64,000 nt of DNA from Acidobacteriota bacterium (GTDB taxonomy: Bacteria > Acidobacteriota > UBA6911 > RPQK01 > G965218465): assembly GCA_965218465.1 (NCBI GenBank), contig OZ244623.1, positions 2,735,152 through 2,799,151 on the forward strand, written 5' to 3'. The notes under the pieces were generated by a model. It searched no databases. It was not told the DNA's origin and worked only from the letters and a program-made list of their open reading frames with translations. This document shows positions 40,122 to 50,400 of the stretch, piece after piece. Within the stretch, counting starts at the first letter, position 1, and every line of letters begins with the position of its first letter. The translations under genes and the position numbers were made by a program.

Positions 40122-41234
40122 ATGATCGAAGAGACGGCTCTAGATACCCAAGAGCTGGAAATCAACATGGGTCCCCAGCACCCGTCCACTCATGGCGTGT
40201 TGAGGGTCAAGCTCTATCTGGATGGAGAACGCGTAAGCGACGCCGAATGCATTATCGGTTATCTGCATCGCGGGGTGGAGAAGATTGGTGAGAACCGGTC
40301 TTACATCAAGTGTGTCCCTTACTTCGACCGCACCGACTATATCGCCGCCGTTTCCAATGTGTACGGCTATGTCTTGGGTGTGGAGGCGATGGCGAGAATC
40401 AAGGTTCCCGAAAGGGCACGCTTGATTCGGATCATGATGACCGAGTTCAATCGGGTGGCCAGCCATCTTCTCTGGCTGGCCACCCACGCGCTCGATATCG
40501 GTGCTATGACCGTTTTTCTCTACTGCTTTCGAGAGCGCGAGGAGATTCTGAAACTCTTCGAAGCGCTTTTCGGCGCCCGCCTGACCACGCACGCCTTTAG
40601 GTTGGGAGGGTTATGGAAGGATCTGCCGGACGGGTTTGAGGCAGCAGCGCGGAAGTTCATCGGCAACTTTCCCGATCGAGTTGACGAATATGAACAGCTG
40701 TTGACCAAGAACCGCATTTGGATCGACCGAACCAAGGGCCTGGGCGTCATTTCGGCTGAAGAGGCGATCAATTTCGGATTGTCGGGTCCGCCCTTGCGGG
40801 GATCGGGCGTGGATTACGATCTCCGTAAGATCCGTCCCTATGGCGGCTATCAGGACTTCGATTTCGAAGTGCCGGTCGGGCAGGCCGGAGACACCTATGA
40901 TCGCTACCTGATCCGACTCGAGGAAATGCGCCAAAGCTGCCGCATCATCGATCAAGTTCTGGATCGATTACCAGAGGGGCCCATTCGGGGCAGAGTGGCC
41001 AAAATCGTCAAACCGCCCGTAGGTGAGTTTTACTCCGGTATCGAGGGGCCTCGTGGAGAACTCGGTTACTACTTGGTCAGCGACGGCTCCGCCCAGCCCT
41101 TTCGATTACGAATTCGACCCCCCACTTTCATTAGTTTGCAGGCTTTGCGACGTTTAGTGCGGGGTCATCTGGTAGCGGACGTGGTGGCGATCATTGGAAC
41201 TCTGGATATTGTGCTGGGAGAAATCGACCGCTAA
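40122..41234 (+). CDS. nuoD: NADH-quinone oxidoreductase subunit D (49 kDa).
   Basis: It has ..NMGPQHPSTHGVLR.. and a conserved C-terminal domain. Its stop overlaps the nuoH start. Confidence 0.9.
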   Translation: MIEETALDTQELEINMGPQHPSTHGVLRVKLYLDGERVSDAECIIGYLHRGVEKIGENRSYIKCVPYFDRTDYIAAVSNVYGYVLGVEAMARIKVPERARLIRIMMTEFNRVASHLLWLATHALDIGAMTVFLYCFREREEILKLFEALFGARLTTHAFRLGGLWKDLPDGFEAAARKFIGNFPDRVDEYEQLLTKNRIWIDRTKGLGVISAEEAINFGLSGPPLRGSGVDYDLRKIRPYGGYQDFDFEVPVGQAGDTYDRYLIRLEEMRQSCRIIDQVLDRLPEGPIRGRVAKIVKPPVGEFYSGIEGPRGELGYYLVSDGSAQPFRLRIRPPTFISLQALRRLVRGHLVADVVAIIGTLDIVLGEIDR

Positions 41235-42328
41235 TGGAAGCCCTGCTCACCTATGGTTTGATTCCGGCCATAAAGATCACCGTGGTGGTGCTGCTTCTTT
41301 CGGGAGCGGTGGCTTATCTCACGCTGCTGGAGCGAAAGCTGGTGGCACACATCCAAGTTCGTTTGGGACCGATGCGCGTCGGCTGGCACGGACTCCTCCA
41401 GCCCATCGCCGATGGACTCAAATTCTTGCTCAAAGAGGACATCATCCCCTCCCGAGCCGATAGGCTTCTTTTTACGATCGCTCCCGCCATCTCCCTCGTT
41501 CCCGCCTTCGTCGTGTTTTCGGTCGTGCCTTTCGGGCCGCCGGACATGTTCAAAGGTCTGCTGCAAACGGTTTTGGGTTGGTTCGTCGACCCGGCGACGG
41601 CCGAAGCGGTTGCCTCCAATAGCGTGGCTTCAGGAGGCTTTATTACCGATCTCAACATCGGGTTGCTGTTTCTGCTCTCGGTTTCCTCACTAGGGATCCT
41701 GGGGATCATCCTGGGCGGCTGGGCTTCCAACAGTAAATACCCAATGTTGGGGGCGCTTCGCTCAGCGGCGCAGATGGTCAGCTATGAAGTGGCGCTGGGC
41801 TTCTCGATTATTGGAGTCCTGCTGGTTGCCGGTTCGCTGAGCATGGTTGAGATAGTGCAGCAGCAACAGAGCATGGGTGTCTGGTATTTTGCCGTTCAGC
41901 CGGTCGCTTTCGTGCTCTTCTTCATCTGTGGCTTGGCCGAAACGAACAGAATCCCTTTCGATTTACCTGAAGCCGAGACTGAACTCGTGGGAGGTTTTCA
42001 TACTGAGTACAGTGGTTTTCGTTTCTCGCTCTTCTTTATCGCTGAGTATGCCAACATGGTGACGATCTCGGCGCTGGGCGTGACGCTTTTTTTCGGAGGC
42101 TGGCTTCGTCCCTTTCCCAATGTAGCTTGGCTGGGTTTTTTGGATCTGGTGCCCCCGGTGGCTTGGTTTGTCTTTAAGGTCTTCCTTTTCCTCTACGTTT
42201 TTATCTGGATCCGAGGCACGCTGCCTCGTTTTCGCTTTGACCAGCTGATGCGCTATGGGTGGAAGGTGTTTCTACCGGTGGCTCTGGCTAACGTTATTCT
42301 GTCGGCAGGGGTGATACTGTTGTTATGA
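41234..42328 (+). CDS. nuoH: NADH-quinone oxidoreductase subunit H.
   Basis: It has ..VVAYLTLLERKLVAHIQVRLGPMRVGWHGLLQPIADGLKFLLKED.. and is polytopic. Confidence 0.9.
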   Translation: MEALLTYGLIPAIKITVVVLLLSGAVAYLTLLERKLVAHIQVRLGPMRVGWHGLLQPIADGLKFLLKEDIIPSRADRLLFTIAPAISLVPAFVVFSVVPFGPPDMFKGLLQTVLGWFVDPATAEAVASNSVASGGFITDLNIGLLFLLSVSSLGILGIILGGWASNSKYPMLGALRSAAQMVSYEVALGFSIIGVLLVAGSLSMVEIVQQQQSMGVWYFAVQPVAFVLFFICGLAETNRIPFDLPEAETELVGGFHTEYSGFRFSLFFIAEYANMVTISALGVTLFFGGWLRPFPNVAWLGFLDLVPPVAWFVFKVFLFLYVFIWIRGTLPRFRFDQLMRYGWKVFLPVALANVILSAGVILLL

Positions 42329-42372
42329 ACCGCTCCAGCCAGGCCAATCTTGACCGCTAGATGGATTAAACC

Positions 42373-42831
42373 ATGGAACTACTGCGCAGAATCTTTTTTG
42401 TAGACATCCTGAAGGGACTACTTTTGACCTTCAAGTACACCTACAGCAAGGTGTATACGGAGCAATACCCTACCGAAAGACCCCGGTTGGCCGCTCGCTA
42501 CAAGGGGGCTCCTCGACTTAACAATGATCCCGAGACCGGGGAGACTCTGTGTATCGCCTGTGACCTTTGCGCCCAGATTTGTCCTGAGGACCTGATTGTG
42601 GTGGGTATCGACCGAGATCCTGAGAGTCGCAAGAAAGTGCTGACAACTTATACCTTCGACACCTCACGTTGTCTTTTCTGCGGCTTGTGCCAGGAAGTCT
42701 GTCCGACCAATGCCATTGAGTTGACTCAAGACTTTGAATTGGCAACCTATGATCGAAAGACGATGATGTGGGATCGAGAGAGACTCGAAAAGGGTTGGGA
42801 CCGGATCGAATTCGGCAAGAACTATCGCTAA
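42373..42831 (+). CDS. nuoI: NADH-quinone oxidoreductase subunit I (two 4Fe-4S clusters).
   Basis: It has two CxxCxxCxxxCP motifs (CIACDLCAQICP, CLFCGLCQEVCP). Confidence 0.9.
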   Translation: MELLRRIFFVDILKGLLLTFKYTYSKVYTEQYPTERPRLAARYKGAPRLNNDPETGETLCIACDLCAQICPEDLIVVGIDRDPESRKKVLTTYTFDTSRCLFCGLCQEVCPTNAIELTQDFELATYDRKTMMWDRERLEKGWDRIEFGKNYR

Positions 42832-42840
42832 GCGGAAGCA

Positions 42841-43347
42841 ATGGAAGCCATTCTTTTTTACACTCTGGCCGCCATTCTGGTGACCTTCTCTGTTTTCACG
42901 ATCACGGCCCGTAACCCGGTTCGTAGCGCCGTTTATTTGATTTCGGCGTTGCTGGCAATTGCCGGGCTCTTCTTGCTGCTGCAGGCTGAATTCGTGGCCG
43001 CGGTACAAATACTGGTTTACGTGGGGGGCATCATGGTGTTGGTGCTCTTCGTCATTTTGCTGGTGAGTGTCAGTCGCATACAGGCCGAGAGGCGGGCCAG
43101 TCGGCAGTGGAAGACTGCTGTGGTTCTGGCGGTGACCTTGGCGGTGGAGCTGGTTTTTCTGCTGGTACGGGGGGCGGGATGGTTCGAGCCGGCATCAGCG
43201 GCGCCATTGATCGAAGAGCGAACCGCCAACACCGAATCGGTCGCGGAATTGCTGTATACCTCCTATTTGCTGCCCTTTGAAATCGCCTCGGTATTGTTGC
43301 TGGTCGCTATGGTTGGAGCGGTGGTTTTGGCCAAGAAGCGACTTTAG
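42841..43347 (+). CDS. nuoJ: NADH-quinone oxidoreductase subunit J.
   Basis: The 168-aa membrane protein has NuoJ-like topology, and its operon position supports the call. Confidence 0.8.
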   Translation: MEAILFYTLAAILVTFSVFTITARNPVRSAVYLISALLAIAGLFLLLQAEFVAAVQILVYVGGIMVLVLFVILLVSVSRIQAERRASRQWKTAVVLAVTLAVELVFLLVRGAGWFEPASAAPLIEERTANTESVAELLYTSYLLPFEIASVLLLVAMVGAVVLAKKRL

Positions 43348-43376
43348 CTTCTGTGCCGGAGTAAGAGAAAACAAAG

Positions 43377-43682
43377 ATGCCAATAGATACAAGTCACTAC
43401 CTGGTCTTGAGCAGCATTGTTTTCTCCATCGGCGTGGTGGGAGTGCTGACGCGACGCAACGTCATTGTGATCTTTATGTCAATCGAACTGATGCTCAACG
43501 CCGTTAATCTCAACCTGGTCGCTTTTGCCGCCCGCCTGCAAGATCTCAACGGGCAGGTTTTCGCGATATTCGTGATTACGGTGGCAGCGGCTGAGGCGGC
43601 GGTCGGTTTAGGACTGGTCATTGCCCTCTTTAGAAACAAGGAAACTATCAACGTCGACGAAGTGGACCTGATGAAGTGGTAG
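43377..43682 (+). CDS. nuoK: NADH-quinone oxidoreductase subunit K.
   Basis: The 101-aa protein has three TM helices and the conserved Glu-containing helices (..[19 protein letters not shown]..). Confidence 0.85.
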   Translation: MPIDTSHYLVLSSIVFSIGVVGVLTRRNVIVIFMSIELMLNAVNLNLVAFAARLQDLNGQVFAIFVITVAAAEAAVGLGLVIALFRNKETINVDEVDLMKW

Positions 43683-43730
43683 GCTGAATCCTGCCCTCCA
43701 GGTCTCCTTGCGAAGCCTAACGGAAAACCG

Positions 43731-45794
43731 ATGCTTTCCTATTTGTGGCTGATACCCCTCTTGCCCTTACTCGGCTTTGTGATCAACGGGACTGTGGGGC
43801 TCTGGCTGTCCTACCGCGAGGATCGCCAACCGCCGCGGCGCTTTGTTTACGGAGTGGCCTGTACCGCGGTTGGACTCTCTTTCCTGCTCTCAGTAGGTTG
43901 TTTTCTGGCTCTTTTGGAACTGCCCGGGCAAGAACGGTTGGTGCGGCAAGAGCTCTTTGACTGGGTCCCGGGCAGTGTCTTCCTGAGCGCGGAGGGTGTC
44001 ACCCAACTCAATGTGGCCTGGAGTCTGCTGCTCGATCCCTTGTCGGCCGTCATGATCTTGTTCGTGTCCGGAGTCGGGTTTCTGATCCACGTTTATTCAG
44101 TGGGTTACATGTGGGAAGAGGAGGAGGGCTTTTACCGCTTTTTTGCCTACCTCAATCTTTTCATGTTCATGATGCTGACGCTGGTTTTGGGAGGCAATTA
44201 CCTGGTCCTGTTTGTGGGTTGGGAAGGGGTGGGACTTTGCTCCTATCTCCTGATCGGCTATTACATCGACAAGAGGAGTGCCGGTGATGCGGCCAAGAAG
44301 GCCTTTGTAGTCAATCGGATTGGCGACTTGGGCTTTATTCTGGGCATTTTTCTGATTCTATCTACCTTTGGCACCCTCGACTTCTCCCAGCTTTTCGGGA
44401 AGATTGCCGCCACTTATCCCCACGCTGAAACCGGCTGGGGAGTACTTAGCTGGATCGGTCTTCTTCTCTTTGTGGGTGCCGTCGGCAAGAGCGCCCAGGT
44501 GCCGCTCCATGTCTGGCTGCCCGACGCCATGGAAGGCCCCACTCCCGTGAGCGCCTTGATTCATGCGGCCACCATGGTAACGGCCGGTGTGTACATGGTA
44601 GCCCGGTCGACCGCGATTTATAGTCGAGCGCCCGAGGTGTCGCTGCTGGTGGCCGCGGTAGGAATCTTCACTGCCCTGCTGGCGGCGACAATCGGAATGT
44701 TCCAGCGTGACATCAAGAAAGTGTTGGCCTACTCCACCGTGAGTCAACTTGGCTACATGTTTACAGCTTTGGGTGTGGGTGCGGTCGTGGCTGGGATTTT
44801 CCACGTTTTCACCCATGCCTTCTTCAAAGCACTGCTCTTTCTTGGCGCGGGGAGTGTGATTCATGCCCTGCATCACGAACAGGACATGATGAAGATGGGC
44901 GGGCTCCGAAAATCGCTTCCCATCACCTGGGCAACGATGGGGATCGGAACCCTGGCTATCTCCGGATTTCCTCCCCTGGCCGGCTTTTTTTCCAAGGACG
45001 AAATTCTCTGGAAGATCTTCGCCGGCGGGCATCAAGTGATCTGGGGAATAGGCGCAGTGGTGGCCCTTCTGACTGCCTTCTACATGTTTCGGTTGATGTT
45101 CCTGACTTTTCACGGCAGCTCCCGCCTCTCGGAGAAGACGGCTCACCACGTTCACGAATCTCCGTCCAGTATGACCGTGCCCTTGGTCATTTTAGCCATC
45201 GGCTCCGTGGTGGTTGGTTTCCTGGGCATGCCCCCCTGGTCTGGATTTTCCAACGTCTTCGAGCAATTTCTGGAACCGTCGCTGGCTACTGCCTACCGCG
45301 GTGACGGCCATGAGGTGCATCACTCTCTGAGCCTGGAGGCGGGCTTGGCAGCCCTGTCCGTCGTGCTGGCGTTGCTGGGGGCGTTGCTGGCTTACCGCGT
45401 CTTTTTCAGAAACAAGGACTTGGGAGCGGCGTTGGCAAGGCGCCTGGGATCGCTCTACCGTCTGGTTTACAACAAATACTACGTTGATGAGACCTACGAT
45501 CTGCTGGTGGTCAACCGAACCAAGGGACTGGCCAACGGACTCTCTTGGTTCGATGACAAAATCGTGGATGGTTTCGTCAACGGTAGTGCGCTGATGACGA
45601 GGATCACTGCCTGGGTCTCCGGACAAGTCGACATCCACGTGGTGGATCGGCTGGTGAATCTGGCGGCCGAGACCGTGGAGTTCTTCAGCGCGGCCTTGCG
45701 CAAGCTGCAAACCGGGCTGGTTCAACGCTATATACTCTTCTTTCTGCTGGGAATTCTCCTGGTGGTCACCTATTACCTCTACACAGGAGCCTGA
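43731..45794 (+). CDS. nuoL: NADH-quinone oxidoreductase subunit L (antiporter-like, with long horizontal helix).
   Basis: The 687-aa protein has Mrp-antiporter-like core motifs (..WLPDAMEGPTPVSALIHAATMVTAGVY..). Confidence 0.9.
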   Translation: MLSYLWLIPLLPLLGFVINGTVGLWLSYREDRQPPRRFVYGVACTAVGLSFLLSVGCFLALLELPGQERLVRQELFDWVPGSVFLSAEGVTQLNVAWSLLLDPLSAVMILFVSGVGFLIHVYSVGYMWEEEEGFYRFFAYLNLFMFMMLTLVLGGNYLVLFVGWEGVGLCSYLLIGYYIDKRSAGDAAKKAFVVNRIGDLGFILGIFLILSTFGTLDFSQLFGKIAATYPHAETGWGVLSWIGLLLFVGAVGKSAQVPLHVWLPDAMEGPTPVSALIHAATMVTAGVYMVARSTAIYSRAPEVSLLVAAVGIFTALLAATIGMFQRDIKKVLAYSTVSQLGYMFTALGVGAVVAGIFHVFTHAFFKALLFLGAGSVIHALHHEQDMMKMGGLRKSLPITWATMGIGTLAISGFPPLAGFFSKDEILWKIFAGGHQVIWGIGAVVALLTAFYMFRLMFLTFHGSSRLSEKTAHHVHESPSSMTVPLVILAIGSVVVGFLGMPPWSGFSNVFEQFLEPSLATAYRGDGHEVHHSLSLEAGLAALSVVLALLGALLAYRVFFRNKDLGAALARRLGSLYRLVYNKYYVDETYDLLVVNRTKGLANGLSWFDDKIVDGFVNGSALMTRITAWVSGQVDIHVVDRLVNLAAETVEFFSAALRKLQTGLVQRYILFFLLGILLVVTYYLYTGA

Positions 45795-45797
45795 TCG

Positions 45798-47354
45798 ATG
45801 GAATTCTTCATGAGGAATATCCTCATCATTGTTTGTTTCTTTCCGTTGCTAGGGGTCTTCCTGCTGCTGTTGATCCCCAAAGGCGAAGGCCAGGACAGCA
45901 AGGTGAAATGGACGGCCAACATTGTGGCCTTCCTCGGTTTTCTGGTGTCGCTCCCGCTGCTCACTGAATTCAACGACCCCGGCTACATCGCCGATACCGG
46001 TATGCGTTTCGTGATCAAAGCGCCCTGGATTGAGGCAATCGGGGCCCAGTTCTACCTGGGCATCGACGGCATCAGCCTGCTGCTGATCCTATTGACTACT
46101 TTACTTGGCTTCATCTCGATTCTGGCTTCCTGGTCGGCGATCACCGAAAGAGTGCGTGAGTACTACTGCTACTTCCTTTTGTTGCAGGTGGGAATGCTGG
46201 GGGTTTTTATGGCCCTGGATTTCGTCCTCTTCTATGTGTTCTGGGAAGTGATGCTGGTACCGATGTACTTCATCATTGGGGTTTGGGGAGGAGCCAGGAA
46301 GCTATACGCCGCAATCAAGTTCTTTCTCTACACCCTGGCGGGTTCGGTACTACTGCTTCTCGGCATTCTGGCTCTCTATTTCTATCAGTACAGCCAGACC
46401 GGAATCTGGTCGTTCGATGTCCTCGCAATGCGAGAACTCGACATCCCAGGGGATTTGCAGTGGTGGATCTTCATGGCCTTCTTTGTGGGATTCGCCATCA
46501 AGGTCCCGATGATTCCGTTTCACACCTGGTTGCCCGACGCCCACGTCGAGGCGCCTACTGCCGGTTCGGTCATTCTGGCAGGGGTTCTGCTCAAGATGGG
46601 GACTTATGGTTTTGTCCGGTTTAGTCTGCCGATTCTACCCCAGGCCAGCATGGACTGCCTGCCCTGGCTGCTGCTGCTTTCGGCCATCGGCATCATCTAT
46701 GGAGCCCTGGTGGCGATGATGCAAAAGGATATGAAGAAGTTGGTGGCTTATTCTTCGGTCAGCCACCTGGGTTTCTGCATGTTGGGGGTTTTCGTGGTCA
46801 CCCCGATCGCGTTGCAAGGTGGCCTTCTTCAAATGATCAACCATGGCATCTCCACGGGTGCGCTCTTTTTGATCGTAGGTGTGCTTTACGAACGTCGGCA
46901 TACCCGCCTGATTGCCGACTACGGCGGCATCTCCAAAGTGATGCCGCTCTATGCCACCGTCTTTCTCATCATGACCATGTCTTCGATCGGCTTGCCGACG
47001 CTCAACGGGTTCATAGGCGAATTTCTGATCCTTCAAGGAGTGTTCGCCGACCCGCCCAACCGCATTTGGGCGGTGGTCGCGGTTCTGGGTATCGTTCTGG
47101 GAGCTGCCTATATGCTGTGGCTTTATCAACGGGTCATGTTGGGCAAGAACGACAACCCAGCCAACCACAATCTTACCGATCTGAACTTGCGAGAGTTGGC
47201 CACGTTCGTACCGTTGATTCTATTGGCGTTTTGGATTGGCCTTTACCCACGCCCCTTTCTCAGCTATCTGAATGAGCCGGTCAATGAGATCGTTGAGATC
47301 GTTCGGCCTGGAGAATTCCCTCAGCTCCCGATGCAAACCGGATCCAAGGAGTGA
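45798..47354 (+). CDS. nuoM: NADH-quinone oxidoreductase subunit M.
   Basis: The 518-aa antiporter-like subunit has ..HTWLPDAHVEAPTAGSVILAGVLLKMG... Confidence 0.9.
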   Translation: MEFFMRNILIIVCFFPLLGVFLLLLIPKGEGQDSKVKWTANIVAFLGFLVSLPLLTEFNDPGYIADTGMRFVIKAPWIEAIGAQFYLGIDGISLLLILLTTLLGFISILASWSAITERVREYYCYFLLLQVGMLGVFMALDFVLFYVFWEVMLVPMYFIIGVWGGARKLYAAIKFFLYTLAGSVLLLLGILALYFYQYSQTGIWSFDVLAMRELDIPGDLQWWIFMAFFVGFAIKVPMIPFHTWLPDAHVEAPTAGSVILAGVLLKMGTYGFVRFSLPILPQASMDCLPWLLLLSAIGIIYGALVAMMQKDMKKLVAYSSVSHLGFCMLGVFVVTPIALQGGLLQMINHGISTGALFLIVGVLYERRHTRLIADYGGISKVMPLYATVFLIMTMSSIGLPTLNGFIGEFLILQGVFADPPNRIWAVVAVLGIVLGAAYMLWLYQRVMLGKNDNPANHNLTDLNLRELATFVPLILLAFWIGLYPRPFLSYLNEPVNEIVEIVRPGEFPQLPMQTGSKE

Positions 47355-48854
47355 TTGATGTCCGATCTTGTCCCCAGCGACTTGCTTGAGTTTTTGCGGA
47401 CCAATTCGGTCGCTATTGCTCCTCAGTTGCACTTGATAGCCTGGGGATTAGGAATCCTTTGCGTAGACTCGTTCGTTCCCGCGACTCAAAAGCGTCCCTG
47501 GGGAGTCGGATTTGCTCTGGCAGGGATCGTGCTGGCCAGTCTACATCTGTTCTATGGCTGGGGTAGAGGAGGGCCGGGATTCGACGATCGGATCACTTTG
47601 GATTCCTTTGCCCAGTTCTTTGACATCATCTTTCTGGTAGCAGCGCTGCTGGCAGTTCTCCTCTCTTATCGCTATCTCGATATCGAGCGTGCTCAACACC
47701 TTGAGTACTACGCGCTGATCCTTTTTGCAGTTTCGGGAATGATGTTCATGGCAGGAGCTCTTGACTTGGTGACGCTCTTCATCGGGTTGGAGCTGATGTC
47801 GATTTCGACTTATGTCCTGGTGGGCTTTCTCCGGTCACAGCGGCGCTCCAATGAAGCCGCATTGAAATATTTCTTAGTGGGAGCTTTCTCGACTGGAGTC
47901 TTGCTTTACGGTATGTCGCTGCTCTACGGAATAACGGGATCGACCAGGTTGGAGACCATTGGCCGGGCCGTTGGAGAGATGAGTGACAACGGGTTGCTGG
48001 TGGTATCAGTGCTGATGCTGGCATCCGGCTTTTCTTTCAAGATAGCCGCAGCACCCTTTCACATGTGGGCTCCAGACGCCTACGAGGGCGCCCCTACAGC
48101 GATCACCGCTTTCATGTCGGTGGCCGTCAAGGCGGCCGCTTTCGCCGTGTTTTTGAGGGTTTTTCTGGTGGCTTTCGCCGATTTACGGGAGCTTTATTTG
48201 GTGGTTCTGGCCGTGATCGCAATGGCCACCATGACGTGGGGCAACTTGGCGGCAGTGACCCAGAGCAACGTCAAACGGCTGCTGGCTTATTCCAGCATTT
48301 CTCATGCCGGCTACATCATGATGGGATTGCTGGCGGGGAGCGAATTCGGCGTAACGGCTTCGGCCGTCTACCTGTTCGCTTACACCTTCATGAACCTGGG
48401 CATTTGGGCAGTTGTCATTTTGCTGCGTCGTCACGACATCAGTGGCGAGCAACTGGAAGACTTCGATGGACTCTTTCACAAGGCGCCGAGTATCGCTGTG
48501 CTCATGTTGATTTTTCTCTTGTCATTGGCGGGGATACCTCCGCTGGGTGGTTTCATCGCCAAATATTTCGTCTTCGCTGCGGTCATCCAGTCGGCTCTGA
48601 ACGGTGATACTTTCTCGTTATTGCTGACAACAGTGGCCGTGGTGGGAGCCCTCAACGTTGTCATTTCACTCTATTATTACCTGCGGATAGTCGTACGGAT
48701 GTTCTTCAAGACCGATTATGTTCCCGCTCGGCTGAGTTATTCTTTCGGACTGGTATTCACCTTGGTGGTGACCGTGCTTTTGACGATTTGGGTGGGCGTC
48801 TATCCGCAGCCGTTTATCGAATTGGCTCGAAGCGCCAGCCTCCCGTTGATTTAA
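47355..48854 (+). CDS. nuoN: NADH-quinone oxidoreductase subunit N.
   Basis: The 499-aa antiporter-like subunit has ..APFHMWAPDAYEGAPTAITAFMS... Confidence 0.9.
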   Translation: MMSDLVPSDLLEFLRTNSVAIAPQLHLIAWGLGILCVDSFVPATQKRPWGVGFALAGIVLASLHLFYGWGRGGPGFDDRITLDSFAQFFDIIFLVAALLAVLLSYRYLDIERAQHLEYYALILFAVSGMMFMAGALDLVTLFIGLELMSISTYVLVGFLRSQRRSNEAALKYFLVGAFSTGVLLYGMSLLYGITGSTRLETIGRAVGEMSDNGLLVVSVLMLASGFSFKIAAAPFHMWAPDAYEGAPTAITAFMSVAVKAAAFAVFLRVFLVAFADLRELYLVVLAVIAMATMTWGNLAAVTQSNVKRLLAYSSISHAGYIMMGLLAGSEFGVTASAVYLFAYTFMNLGIWAVVILLRRHDISGEQLEDFDGLFHKAPSIAVLMLIFLLSLAGIPPLGGFIAKYFVFAAVIQSALNGDTFSLLLTTVAVVGALNVVISLYYYLRIVVRMFFKTDYVPARLSYSFGLVFTLVVTVLLTIWVGVYPQPFIELARSASLPLI

Positions 48855-49008
48855 GGCCAAGCCCGGTGCTCAGCTCGGCCCCAGGAAATCAAACGATTTC
48901 GAGACCAAAATCGTCACCATTGACTGATCATGCCTGAAGGGGCCAGAGGGTGTGGTGATGTTTGCCTGCCTCTCGCGTCAGAAAGAGCAAAAGCGGCAGG
49001 CGGTTTAA

Positions 49009-49215
49009 GTGAAAATGCCCAAACGCAATCCCTGGGGGGAGGCGGCGCGCTATAGTGCCATCATCCTGATCTTACCAGTCTGCCTGCTGCTAGGGTTGCT
49101 GGTAGGGCGCTGGTTAGACGACCGGTGGAGTACCGGTCCGACCTTTTCGATTGTCGGTTTTTTGTTGGGAATTGCCGTGGCAGCCGTTGAAGTGCATCGC
49201 CTGTTGAAGCCATGA
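49009..49215 (+). CDS. AtpZ/AtpI-family small membrane protein (putative ATP synthase accessory protein).
   Basis: The 68-aa protein has two TM helices with the characteristic GRWLDDRW..TGPTFSIVGFLLG motif. It lies at the head of the atp genes. Confidence 0.7.
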   Translation: MKMPKRNPWGEAARYSAIILILPVCLLLGLLVGRWLDDRWSTGPTFSIVGFLLGIAVAAVEVHRLLKP

Positions 49216-49577
49216 AGCGAATTGTCCGCAATGCCTATCTGTTGTGGGCTGGGTTGACGTCGGCTGGGCTGCTGGGGTGGGGTTGGGAAGTAGCATTGTC
49301 GGTCGCGATTGGGGGCGGTATGGCGACCCTCAATTTTCACTGGTTGGCCAAGGGAGTGGACGGCGTTCTGGGCACCCTTGGCTCGACTCGCCAAGCTAGA
49401 CTGGCCATTCTGAAATACGTGGGTCGCCTACTGTTGATATTGGTGGGGGTGTTTGCTATGATCCGTCTTTCTTTTTTTAGCCTTTGGGGGCTGCTGACGG
49501 GTTTGGCAATCTTCGTAGTCGCGGGGATGTTGGAGGCAGTCCTACTACTTTTTGAGGAACTTTCCCGCAATCGATAG
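49212..49577 (+). CDS. atpI: ATP synthase protein I (AtpI).
   Basis: The 121-aa hydrophobic protein sits between atpZ and atpB, and its start overlaps the atpZ stop. Confidence 0.65.
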   Translation: MKRIVRNAYLLWAGLTSAGLLGWGWEVALSVAIGGGMATLNFHWLAKGVDGVLGTLGSTRQARLAILKYVGRLLLILVGVFAMIRLSFFSLWGLLTGLAIFVVAGMLEAVLLLFEELSRNR

Positions 49578-49580
49578 TTA

Positions 49581-50315
49581 ATGGAACATCACGAGTTCTT
49601 TGTCTCAACCATTTTCAACCGCTACCTCGTCAACCCGGTTGCCGAACTGCTTGGTGTCCACACTGACCATGATCTGCTGCCCGCCCATGTCGTGATGATC
49701 ATTCTGGTGAGCCTGGGGCTGGCGTTGTTTTCGCTTTTCTTGCGCCGCCGGCTGAGTGCCGACCGTCCTGGGATAGCCCAGCAAGTGGTGGAGCTGGCCG
49801 TGGCGGGAATTACTGATTTCATGGGGGATATTATTGGCCCGGGAGCGCGGCGTTTTTTCCCGCTGATCGGCACGCTTTTCTTCTACATCCTGGCCTGTAA
49901 CCTGCTGGGGCTGATTCCCGGTTTCATGTCACCGACCAGCAACATCAACATCACGGCGGGTTGCGGTATCATCGTTTTCATCTACTACAACTACCAGGGC
50001 TTCAAGGCTCAGGGCTTCTGGAAATACCTGGCCCATTTTGCCGGGCCATCGCTGGTCATAGCTCCGCTGTTATTCGTGATCGAGATCATCAGCCATTTGG
50101 CGAGGCCGTTCTCGCTGTCGGTCCGGCTTTTTGGCAATATCTTTGCGGAAGAACTGATCATCACCAGTCTCAACCAGATTTTCCCATTCCTGGTGACGAT
50201 ACCGGTGATGGCACTGGCGATTTTTGCCAGCACGATTCAGGCTTTTATTTTTATCGTATTGACGATGGTTTACATTGGGGGGGCGGTCGAGCACTCCCAC
50301 AATGGTGATCGCTAG
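49581..50315 (+). CDS. atpB: F0F1 ATP synthase subunit a.
   Basis: It has the conserved Arg-containing helix (..LSVRLFGNIFAEELI..) and subunit-a topology. Confidence 0.9.
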   Translation: MEHHEFFVSTIFNRYLVNPVAELLGVHTDHDLLPAHVVMIILVSLGLALFSLFLRRRLSADRPGIAQQVVELAVAGITDFMGDIIGPGARRFFPLIGTLFFYILACNLLGLIPGFMSPTSNINITAGCGIIVFIYYNYQGFKAQGFWKYLAHFAGPSLVIAPLLFVIEIISHLARPFSLSVRLFGNIFAEELIITSLNQIFPFLVTIPVMALAIFASTIQAFIFIVLTMVYIGGAVEHSHNGDR

Positions 50316-50345
50316 ACACAGTCCGGGGCTGCTGAACTCACGTGG

Positions 50346-50363
50346 AATTTTTTGACTTGAGCC
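50346..50363 (+). promoter_or_regulatory. Copy 2 of the recurrent 18-nt motif AATTTTYTGACTTGAGCC (38 nt upstream of atpE).
   Basis: aattttTtgacttgagcc; the core GACTTGAG(Y)CC also occurs at 24911..24922 upstream of clpB. Confidence 0.35.
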
Positions 50364-50400
50364 TTTGCCAAGAGATGCAGAGTTCTGAAACGAAGGGAGT

